Shown: positions 1 to 7,239 of the stretch, piece after piece
Numbering within the stretch: position 1 is the stretch's first letter
Layout: each line of letters begins with the position of its first letter
Source of the DNA: Ignavibacteria bacterium
GTDB lineage: Bacteria > Elusimicrobiota > Endomicrobiia > PHAN01
Length of the DNA: 13,400 nt
Reading direction: 5' to 3'
Assembly: GCA_041694835.1 (NCBI GenBank)
Contig: JBGFRZ010000031.1
Coordinates: 1 to 13,400 of the forward strand
Made by a program: the position numbers and the translations under genes
The notes under the pieces: generated by a model
The model's database searches: none
What the model was told of the DNA's origin: nothing
The model's input: the letters and a program-made list of their open reading frames with translations, nothing else

Positions 1-73
1 TTGAGAGAAAATTCAGAAATTGAAAGAACTGTCAGCAATTTTTCAAACATAAATTGCTAAACCTACCGGCTAA

Positions 74-640
74 ATGGCGCTGGCTTTGCTAAATACTGAC
101 TTTTTCAACACTCTCATTATTCTAATATTCTCTATCTTTTTAGGTTGTGCTACTATTCCGAAAGTTGAAATTATTGAAGATAAATTTGATAACCATGTAA
201 TTTATAGAAAGGATTTCATTGCATTAGGCGGCAATTCTGGTTTTCTGTCACATTCAGCTATATCGCATGTTCGTTTAGCACTACAGAAATTTGTTAAGAG
301 TGATATTATAGTGTATCACTTGATTGTTCGATATGGGGGTGAAAATTGGTTATTTATTCCATCTGGAGAATCTTTGGTTATGCTTATTGATGGCGAAAGG
401 AAAGGATTTAGTGGTGACGGAAGTGAGAGACATCGTGAAGTTGTGCCTGTCTATGGTGCAGGTGTTGTTGTTATAGAAAAAGCATGGTATGAAATAAGTC
501 CCGATGATTTGATTAAAATCGCCAATGCTCGTGAGGTTAAAGTCAAAATAACAGGTGGGACCTATTTTTTAGAGAGGTATTTTACAGAAGAAAATTTTGA
601 GTATTTTGTAAGATTCGTTAAGGATTATGTAAAAAAATAG
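74..640 (+). CDS. Hypothetical lipoprotein
   Basis: 188-aa ORF. A hydrophobic stretch LIILIFSIFLG is followed by Cys (lipobox-like FLGC), then a soluble domain I cannot assign. No clear RBS, so the start is uncertain. Confidence 0.7.
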   Translation: MALALLNTDFFNTLIILIFSIFLGCATIPKVEIIEDKFDNHVIYRKDFIALGGNSGFLSHSAISHVRLALQKFVKSDIIVYHLIVRYGGENWLFIPSGESLVMLIDGERKGFSGDGSERHREVVPVYGAGVVVIEKAWYEISPDDLIKIANAREVKVKITGGTYFLERYFTEENFEYFVRFVKDYVKK

Positions 641-655
641 AATAGGTATTTTAGT

Positions 656-2335
656 ATGCCAAAACAAAAAATATCAGAACTTGAGGTGGAAAGAAGAAAA
701 TTTAAGCCGGTTTTGCCGTCGGTGTTTAAAAACGGACCCGTTGCGGTAAAGCCAAAATACGGCAGTCCGACTGAAAGCGCTACCGATCAAGAAACACTTC
801 ACAAACTTTTCCCAAATACATACGGTCTGCCGCTCGTAAATTTCATCAAAGACAAAAACACGGCCATTTCAAAAAAAACGATAAAAGCAGGCGTGGTTCT
901 CTCGGGCGGTCAAGCCCCCGGCGGACACAATGTAATAGCCGGGCTTTTCGACGGACTAAAAAAAGCCAATCCCAAAAATAAACTTATAGGATTTCTCGGC
1001 GGACCTTCCGGAATACTTGAAAATAAATGGAAGGAAATCACATCGCCTCTTTTGGTTAATTACAGAAATACCGGCGGATTTGACATCATTCAGTCGGGAA
1101 GGACAAAAATAGAGACACCTGAACAGTTTGAACAGACGAAAAAAGTTTTGACTGAAAATAAAATCAATGCCCTTGTCGTTGTAGGCGGAGACGACTCAAA
1201 CACCAACGCGGCGCTTCTTGCCGAGTACTTAAAAAAAGAAAAATTAAAAAGCGGTATAATCGGCGTTCCCAAGACGATTGATGGCGACTTAAAAAACGAA
1301 CAGATTGAGACATCTTTCGGATTCGACACGACGACAAAGATATACTCGGAACTCGTCGGAAATATCTGCCGCGACGCGTACTCGGCGAGAAAATACTGGC
1401 ATTTTGTGCGGCTTATGGGCAGAAGCGCCTCGCACATAACATTGGAAGTCGCCCTAAAAACTCGTCCCAATATCGCCCTTATAGGTGAAGAAGCGTTGGA
1501 TAGAAATATGACGCTTTCTCAAATCATAGATGATATCGCTAATGTGATAGTGAAACGCGCTCAAATGAAAAAAAACTTCGGAGTAATACTCGTTCCCGAG
1601 GGATTGATTGAGTTTATCCCCGAGATGAAAGAACTTATATCGGCATTAAACGACATTCTTGCACAAAACGAGTCGGCGATTAGTTCTATGTTTTCAGTCA
1701 AAGAAAAAGAAAATTTTATATTTACAAAACTTCCCGAAAATCTTGCAGCTCTTATGAAATCGCTTCCCGGCTTAATTTCTTCACAACTCCTTATTGACAG
1801 GGACCCACACGGCAATGTTCAGGTTTCTCAAATTGAGACAGAAAAACTTCTTATTGACATGTTAAAAGTAAAATTATCAGAACTTAAAAAAAGCGGTGCT
1901 TATAGCGGAAAATTTTCCACGATTACGCATTTCTTCGGATATGAAGGCCGTTGCGGGGCACCTTCAAATTTTGATGCAAATTACACCTATGCACTCGGAT
2001 ATAACTCGGCGGTTCTTGTACTTAACGAGCTTAGCGGGTATATGTCGTCTGTGAAAAAGTTGGTAAAAAAAGCATCTTTGTGGAAAGCGGGCGGAGTTCC
2101 TCTTACAATGCTTATGAACATAGAGAGAAGAAAAGGAAAAGAAAAACCGGTTATCAAAAAAGCGATTGTTAAATTGGACGACGGACCGTTCAAGCAATTG
2201 CTTAAAAACCGCGACAAATGGGCAATAACAGAAAGTTATATTTATCCCGGCCCGATTCAGTACTTCGGCACATCTTCGGTGACCGATATGACGACGATTA
2301 CGCTCAAATATGAACGACGAAAGAGGAGAGGGTAA
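656..2335 (+). CDS. pfp: Pyrophosphate-dependent phosphofructokinase (diphosphate--fructose-6-phosphate 1-phosphotransferase), long type
   Basis: 559 aa with motifs SGGQAPGGHNV, GGDDSNT (Asp at the PPi-specificity position), GVPKTIDGD, LMGRSASH and GYEGR. Confidence 0.95.
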   Translation: MPKQKISELEVERRKFKPVLPSVFKNGPVAVKPKYGSPTESATDQETLHKLFPNTYGLPLVNFIKDKNTAISKKTIKAGVVLSGGQAPGGHNVIAGLFDGLKKANPKNKLIGFLGGPSGILENKWKEITSPLLVNYRNTGGFDIIQSGRTKIETPEQFEQTKKVLTENKINALVVVGGDDSNTNAALLAEYLKKEKLKSGIIGVPKTIDGDLKNEQIETSFGFDTTTKIYSELVGNICRDAYSARKYWHFVRLMGRSASHITLEVALKTRPNIALIGEEALDRNMTLSQIIDDIANVIVKRAQMKKNFGVILVPEGLIEFIPEMKELISALNDILAQNESAISSMFSVKEKENFIFTKLPENLAALMKSLPGLISSQLLIDRDPHGNVQVSQIETEKLLIDMLKVKLSELKKSGAYSGKFSTITHFFGYEGRCGAPSNFDANYTYALGYNSAVLVLNELSGYMSSVKKLVKKASLWKAGGVPLTMLMNIERRKGKEKPVIKKAIVKLDDGPFKQLLKNRDKWAITESYIYPGPIQYFGTSSVTDMTTITLKYERRKRRG

Positions 2336-2336
2336 A

Positions 2337-3785
2337 ATGAAGGCAAACGAGCAAATTGTGAAAAAAACGATTCAAAGATGCAAGGAAAAAAACATAGTAA
2401 TTCCAACTTTTGCGCAGATGAAGGATCCTTCAAAAATTCCCCAGAAGATAAAGGACCAACTCAAAGGAGTTGGGCTTTGGGATATAAACCCGGTCAATCT
2501 TTTCAGAATAACTTGGAAAAACGACATAAAAACCGGACTTTACGGCGATGTGAATTTTTTGGAAATACCGAGGGGAATAACCGGCATTAAAGCAAGAATC
2601 ATTGGTCTGGTGGGGAAATACTTTCCGACGGGAGCTCATAAAGTCGGCGCCGCTTTTGGTTGTCTCGCCCCGCGTCTTGTTAGCGGCCAGTTCGACCCGA
2701 CGACGCAGAAAGCCGTCTGGCCGTCGACGGGCAATTACTGTCGTGGCGGAGCGTTTGACTGCGCCCTTTTGGGCGCTACTGCAGTGGCTATCCTCCCCGA
2801 AGAAATGAGCAAAGAAAGATTTGATTGGCTCAGAGAAATCGGAGCAGAAGTAATAGCGACGCCCGGAAGCGAGAGCAATGTCAAAGAGATTTACGACAAG
2901 TGCTGGGATATCAGAAAAAACAGAAAGGACTGCGTTATATTTAATCAGTTTGATGAATTCGGCAACTCCGTCTGGCATTATGAGGTTACCGCTTCCGCTA
3001 TGGAAGAAGCCTTCTTTCAACTTTCAACTCTCAACTCTCGACTACGTCTGTCGGCGTATGTTTCCGCCACAGGTTCAGCGGGGACTATCGCCGCCGGTGA
3101 TTATCTTAGAACGAAATTTCCTCATATAAAAGTAGCGGCGGTGGAGGCCCTTCAGTGTCCCACGCTTTGGCTAAATGGGTGGGGCGCTCACAGGATAGAG
3201 GGTATCGGCGATAAGCATGTTCCTTGGATACACAATGTCAGAAACACCGATATGGTAATCGCTGTAGATGACGAAAACACGATGAGGCTCCTCCGTCTTT
3301 TCAACGAACCCGACGGGGTAAAGTTGTTGAAAAAAAACGGTGTGTCGGAGGATGTTATATGCAGATTGAATCTTCTTGGTATTTCCGGAATCTGCAACAT
3401 GCTCGCGTCGATAAAGCTCGCAAAGTACTACGAACTCGGAGAAAACGATGTCGTATTTACGGTATTCACCGATTCCGCCGACATGTACAAATCTCGTCTT
3501 GAAGAATTGACCGAAGCCAGAGGTGAATACGTCGAGACCGATGCCGTGGCTGATTCTGAAAGATATCTAAAGGGCGTGGGTATTGATTATATGAAAGAAC
3601 TTTCATACTACGATAGAAAAGCGATTCATAATCTGAAATATTTTACCTGGGTCGAACAGCAGGGAAAAACATCCGAAGAACTTAATGAATTATGGAATCC
3701 GGAGTTTTGGCAAAAAATTTTCTCTCAAGCCACCAAGTGGGATGAACTTATAGAGGAGTTTAATAAAAAAACAGGGTTGGTATAA
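2337..3785 (+). CDS. Fold-type II PLP-dependent enzyme (CysK/TrpB-like superfamily, 482 aa)
   Basis: PLP-lysine motif FPTGAHKVG, PSTGNY, phosphate loop ATGSAGT and HRIEGIG (cf. CysK HKIQGIG). Start moved from 2310 to ATG 2337, which follows a GAGGAG RBS inside the pfp 3' end. Confidence 0.85.
   Translation: MKANEQIVKKTIQRCKEKNIVIPTFAQMKDPSKIPQKIKDQLKGVGLWDINPVNLFRITWKNDIKTGLYGDVNFLEIPRGITGIKARIIGLVGKYFPTGAHKVGAAFGCLAPRLVSGQFDPTTQKAVWPSTGNYCRGGAFDCALLGATAVAILPEEMSKERFDWLREIGAEVIATPGSESNVKEIYDKCWDIRKNRKDCVIFNQFDEFGNSVWHYEVTASAMEEAFFQLSTLNSRLRLSAYVSATGSAGTIAAGDYLRTKFPHIKVAAVEALQCPTLWLNGWGAHRIEGIGDKHVPWIHNVRNTDMVIAVDDENTMRLLRLFNEPDGVKLLKKNGVSEDVICRLNLLGISGICNMLASIKLAKYYELGENDVVFTVFTDSADMYKSRLEELTEARGEYVETDAVADSERYLKGVGIDYMKELSYYDRKAIHNLKYFTWVEQQGKTSEELNELWNPEFWQKIFSQATKWDELIEEFNKKTGLV
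3019..3039 (+). repeat. Intragenic heptamer tandem repeat (AACTYTC)x3
   Basis: aactttc aactctc aactctc, read in frame as QLSTLNSR within the PLP enzyme. Confidence 0.7.
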
Positions 3786-3977
3786 AGCAGATAACGGATA
3801 GCAGATAGCGAATAGTGCATAGAGGAGAGAGGTGAGAGATAAAAATGCCGCAAAGCGTAAAGCGTAAAGCGTAAAGCGTGAAGGGTGAACGGCTTTTAAC
3901 TCTTTCCGCTTCCCGCTTCCCGTTTTCTGTCCTCTGTCCTCTATTCTCTGTCCTCTGACTTGTGCTCTTGTGCACTA
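3786..3977. repeat. Composite heptamer tandem-repeat spacer
   Basis: AGCAGAT-type units 3786-3813; AGAGGWG 3821-3834; (AAAGCGT)x4 3852-3879; TTYCCGY x3 3903-3923; YYTCTRW x5 3924-3958; CTTGTGC x2 3959-3973. Confidence 0.95.
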
Positions 3978-3992
3978 ATATAGGGAGGTTTT

Positions 3993-4451
3993 ATGGTTAA
4001 AGTCGCCGTGGACGACAAACTTTCGTTGGAAAAGCAATCGCTTTTAAAGTTGGCTCTAAATCTTGCATGCGAACTTTCAGGTTCAGACGGGGGTTCGATT
4101 ATGACCGTTGTGGGCGAAAATCTTTTTATGTCCGCCTACAAGTCATCGGATCCGTCCGTCGATTCAGCGGGCAAAATCGGTATCACGCTTAAAATCGGAG
4201 AAAGGGTTGCCGGCAGATGCGCCCAAACGGGAGAGCCCATCATAATAGTCGGGGATATTTCCAAAGATTCTCGCTTTGGAGCCCTTAAGAAATTCCATGA
4301 AATAAAATCGGGTGCGTCTGTTCCGATGAAAAAGGGCGCTCAAGTCGTCGGAGTGATAAACATCAATAGATTGATGTCCGCCGCTCCGATGAGTCAGGAT
4401 GATGTCGACGTGATTTCGATTGTGGGTAAAAATTTGGCTGAATTGATATAA
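3993..4451 (+). CDS. Stand-alone GAF-domain protein
   Basis: 152 aa with a GGGAGG RBS. GAF-like pattern GSIM...LKIGERVAGRCAQTGEPIII...DISKDSRF...SVPM...VVGVINI...DDVDVI. No output domain. Confidence 0.85.
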   Translation: MVKVAVDDKLSLEKQSLLKLALNLACELSGSDGGSIMTVVGENLFMSAYKSSDPSVDSAGKIGITLKIGERVAGRCAQTGEPIIIVGDISKDSRFGALKKFHEIKSGASVPMKKGAQVVGVININRLMSAAPMSQDDVDVISIVGKNLAELI

Positions 4452-4464
4452 AGATTATTGAAAA

Positions 4465-4577
4465 AGTGTCGGTGATTAGTGTCGGTGTCAGTAATGACGC
4501 GCTGACACTGTCCACTGACACTGATGACACTGACAACTGACACTCTGTCACTATTATTACTTTGTCACTTTGTTGCC
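4465..4577. repeat. Inverted hexamer array (RGTGTC / ACTGAC) followed by octamer array
   Basis: agtgtcggtg and agtgtcggtgtcagt (4465-4492) face four (a)ctgacact-type blocks (4501-4544). These are followed by ctgtcact, ttattact, ttgtcact, ttgttgcc. Confidence 0.85.
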
Positions 4578-4637
4578 TATAACTTTACACTATGGCAGGG
4601 TTTTTCGATGGACTCATGACAAAACAAGGGAGGATTA

Positions 4638-5840
4638 ATGTTTTCGATTTCGCCGGAACGGTTCGCCGCCGCGGCAAAAAAGTATGAAACCGACATGGTT
4701 AAATTTGCACGGGCTCTCATCTCTATTCCAAGTTTTCCAATGCAGGAAGGAAAACTTGTCAAAAGAATAATTCAAGAGATGAAAAAAGTCGGTTTTGAGA
4801 GGGCATTTCACGACAAGATGGGCAATGTCGTCGGAGTCGTCGGCAGAGGCAAAACGAAAATAATGATTGACGCCCATATCGACACCGTCGGCGTCGGCGA
4901 CCCAAAAGCGTGGAAGTGGGACCCTTTCAAAGGTAAATACGAAAAAGGGATTATCTATGGCCGCGGCGCAACCGACCAGAAACTCTCGATGGTGCCGATG
5001 GTGTATGCCACCAAACTGATTAAAAATTTGAAACTTGACGGCGACTACACGCTTTGGATAGTGGGCTCTTGTCAGGAAGAGGACTGCGACGGATTGCCAT
5101 TGCTTCACATTATTCAGAAAGAAAAAATGAAACCCGATTATGTCGTCATAACCGAGCCGACGAATCTTCGCGTCTATAGGGGACATCGCGGAAGAATGGA
5201 GATGAAAGTCGTCGTCAAGGGACGCTCCTGCCACGCATCCGCTCCCGAGAGAGGCGACAACGCCGTCTGGAAAATGTCGTATGTGGTTCGGGAAATAACC
5301 GACCTCAACAAAAGATTAAAAAACGACAAGTTTCTCGGCAAGGGAACTGTCGCCGTCACAAAAATAGAGTGCCAGACGCCGTCGCTGAATGCGGTCCCCG
5401 ACGAATGCACGATTTATCTTGACAGGAGGCTTACTGACGGCGAAACGATGGATTTGGCCGTAAGTCAAATCAAAAAACTGCCGTCGGTCAAAAAATTCAA
5501 AGGAGATGTGGAAGTGCTCAAATATAAAGAAAAATCATGGACGGGGCTTGAGGTCGGTCAGGAAAAATATTATCCGACTTGGGTTATACCTGAAAATCAC
5601 AAACTGACCCAAGCGATGGTGAAAGCCGCGACAATCGCCCTCGGAGAAAAGCCCGTCGTTGACAAATGGACATTTTCAACGAATGGCGTTGCAACTATGG
5701 GTCGGCTTAAAATACCGACAATTGGTTTTGGTCCAGGCCATGAGATTTATGCTCATCAGGTGAACGAACAAATGCCCGTAGAACATTTGCTGAAAGCCGC
5801 GGTGTGCTATGCCGCCTTACCTCAGTTTCTCATAAAATAG
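4638..5840 (+). CDS. ygeY: YgeY-family M20/ArgE-like amidohydrolase
   Basis: 400 aa with DAHIDTVG, GRGATDQK, QEEDCDG, TEPT, GHRGRME, SCHASAPERGDNA, KWTFSTNGV and GFGPGHE. GGGAGG RBS; adjacent to ygeW. Confidence 0.9.
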   Translation: MFSISPERFAAAAKKYETDMVKFARALISIPSFPMQEGKLVKRIIQEMKKVGFERAFHDKMGNVVGVVGRGKTKIMIDAHIDTVGVGDPKAWKWDPFKGKYEKGIIYGRGATDQKLSMVPMVYATKLIKNLKLDGDYTLWIVGSCQEEDCDGLPLLHIIQKEKMKPDYVVITEPTNLRVYRGHRGRMEMKVVVKGRSCHASAPERGDNAVWKMSYVVREITDLNKRLKNDKFLGKGTVAVTKIECQTPSLNAVPDECTIYLDRRLTDGETMDLAVSQIKKLPSVKKFKGDVEVLKYKEKSWTGLEVGQEKYYPTWVIPENHKLTQAMVKAATIALGEKPVVDKWTFSTNGVATMGRLKIPTIGFGPGHEIYAHQVNEQMPVEHLLKAAVCYAALPQFLIK

Positions 5841-5855
5841 ACGCAAATTTTATCC

Positions 5856-5902
5856 AGTAGTTATTACTAAATGGTAATCATTACTAACAAGTAATCATTA
5901 CT
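5856..5902. repeat. Three 13-bp palindromes (AGTAATCATTACT consensus) at 17-bp period
   Basis: agtagttattact at 5856, ggtaatcattact at 5873, agtaatcattact at 5890. Confidence 0.85.
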
Positions 5903-5945
5903 AAACAATTGAGAAATACATTGGCTTGATAAAAGGAGGTTTGAA

Positions 5946-7145
5946 ATGTCTCAAAAACTTGCTCTAAAAAAGGCGTTGACTGAATTGTCAGAACTGAAGA
6001 CAAAATTTTACAACAATAATTTTCTACTGACATGGCAGAGAACTGACGACGAAATAAGAGCAGTGCTTGTTCTGGCTGAGATACTGAAAGAACTCTACAG
6101 CCAGAATATCTCCCTCAAAGTTTTTCAATCAGGCATTGCAGTTTCAAACTTTCGCGACCAATCCACGAGAACAAGATTTTCATTCGCTTCCGCCGCAAAT
6201 CTTCTGGGTCTTACCTCGCAGGATTTAGAAGAGGGAAAATCACAGATTGCACACGGCGAGACAGTGCGAGAGACGGCCAATATGATTTCATTTCTGACCG
6301 AAGTTATCGGGATAAGGGACGATATGTATATCGGCAAAGGGCATACATACATGAAAGAAGTTTCGGATGCAGTCGACGACGGTTTTAAAAACGGAGTTTT
6401 GAATCAACGTCCTGCCGTCGTCAATCTTCAGTGCGATCTCGACCATCCTACCCAGGTGATGGCGGACCTTCTTTTCCTGAAAAATTACTTCGGCGGTTTT
6501 GAAAATCTTAAGGGAAAAAGAATCGCAATGACATGGGCATATTCTCCCAGTTACGGCAAACCGCTTTCAGTTCCCCAGGGAATAATCACCCTTATGACGA
6601 GATTCGGAATGGATGTTGCTCTCGCTTATCCGCAGGGCTACGATTTGCTCCCTGAGACGATAGATGTTTCTAAAAAACACGCGCAAAAATCCGGCGGCAA
6701 GTTCGGCGTTTCAAATTCAATGCAAGAAGCGTTCAAGGATGCCGATATTATGTATCCCAAATCGTGGGCTTCGTATAAGGTTATGGAAAAAAGAACAAAA
6801 ATCGTAGAGCAAAATGACGCATCGGCTCTGAAAGAACTTGAAAAGCAATGCCTTTCCGAAAACGCCACTCACAAGGACTGGACTTGCGACGAAAAGATGG
6901 TCAAACTCACAAAAAAGGGCGAAGCGGTTTATCTGCACTGTCTGCCGGCCGATATCAGCGACGTCTCGTGCAAAGAAGGCGAGGTCTCGGCGGATGTTTT
7001 TGAGAAATACAGAATTGGAACTTATAAAGAGGCCGGCTTCAAGCCCTTTGTTATAGCGGCGATGATAATGTTTTGCAGATTTAAAAATCCTGATGCCGTC
7101 GTCGAAGAACTTCTAAAAAAATCCCAACAAAGGGTGTCTTATTGA
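5946..7145 (+). CDS. ygeW: Knotted carbamoyltransferase YgeW
   Basis: 399 aa with FRDQSTRT, QIAHGETVRET, NLQCDLDHPTQ, WAYSPSYGKPLSVPQG, YPKSW and HCLPAD. AAGGAGGT RBS. Confidence 0.95.
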   Translation: MSQKLALKKALTELSELKTKFYNNNFLLTWQRTDDEIRAVLVLAEILKELYSQNISLKVFQSGIAVSNFRDQSTRTRFSFASAANLLGLTSQDLEEGKSQIAHGETVRETANMISFLTEVIGIRDDMYIGKGHTYMKEVSDAVDDGFKNGVLNQRPAVVNLQCDLDHPTQVMADLLFLKNYFGGFENLKGKRIAMTWAYSPSYGKPLSVPQGIITLMTRFGMDVALAYPQGYDLLPETIDVSKKHAQKSGGKFGVSNSMQEAFKDADIMYPKSWASYKVMEKRTKIVEQNDASALKELEKQCLSENATHKDWTCDEKMVKLTKKGEAVYLHCLPADISDVSCKEGEVSADVFEKYRIGTYKEAGFKPFVIAAMIMFCRFKNPDAVVEELLKKSQQRVSY

Positions 7146-7200
7146 CGTATCAGTATCCGACAATTAATTGCTATTGGGATGTTATGAAATTTGTCGAGCG

Positions 7201-7224
7201 GTGTATTAGTGTTTTAGTTTTTTA
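7201..7224. repeat. Short degenerate octamer array
   Basis: gtgtatta gtgtttta gtttttta, immediately before the arcC RBS. Confidence 0.5.
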
Positions 7225-7239
7225 AGCGGAGATAAAACC

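Noticed and set aside
1-60. Possible 3' end of an upstream gene (frame 1, LRENSEIERTVSNFSNINC*)
   Set aside because: Too short to support, with no recognisable motif.
2310-2336. ORF-track start of the PLP enzyme at 2310
   Set aside because: It overlaps pfp, whereas ATG 2337 has a well-placed GAGGAG RBS.
3760-3975. 71-aa minus-strand ORF (QRTENRGQRTE..., ALRFTL)
   Set aside because: It is simply the translation of the heptamer arrays, antisense to the operon.
3993-4451. Free methionine-R-sulfoxide reductase (MsrC) call for the GAF protein
   Set aside because: The characteristic GPFQG..AC and cysteine pattern is not present.
4363-4551. 62-aa minus-strand ORF (SVSSVSVDSVS)
   Set aside because: Low-complexity translation of the hexamer array, overlapping the GAF gene.
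4638-5840. Selenocysteine recoding in ygeY (family linked to selenium-using genomes)
   Set aside because: The ORF is full length with no in-frame TGA.
3786-5902. CRISPR array interpretation of the repeats
   Set aside because: Units are 6-17 bp and tandem, with no unique 25-45-bp spacers and no cas genes.
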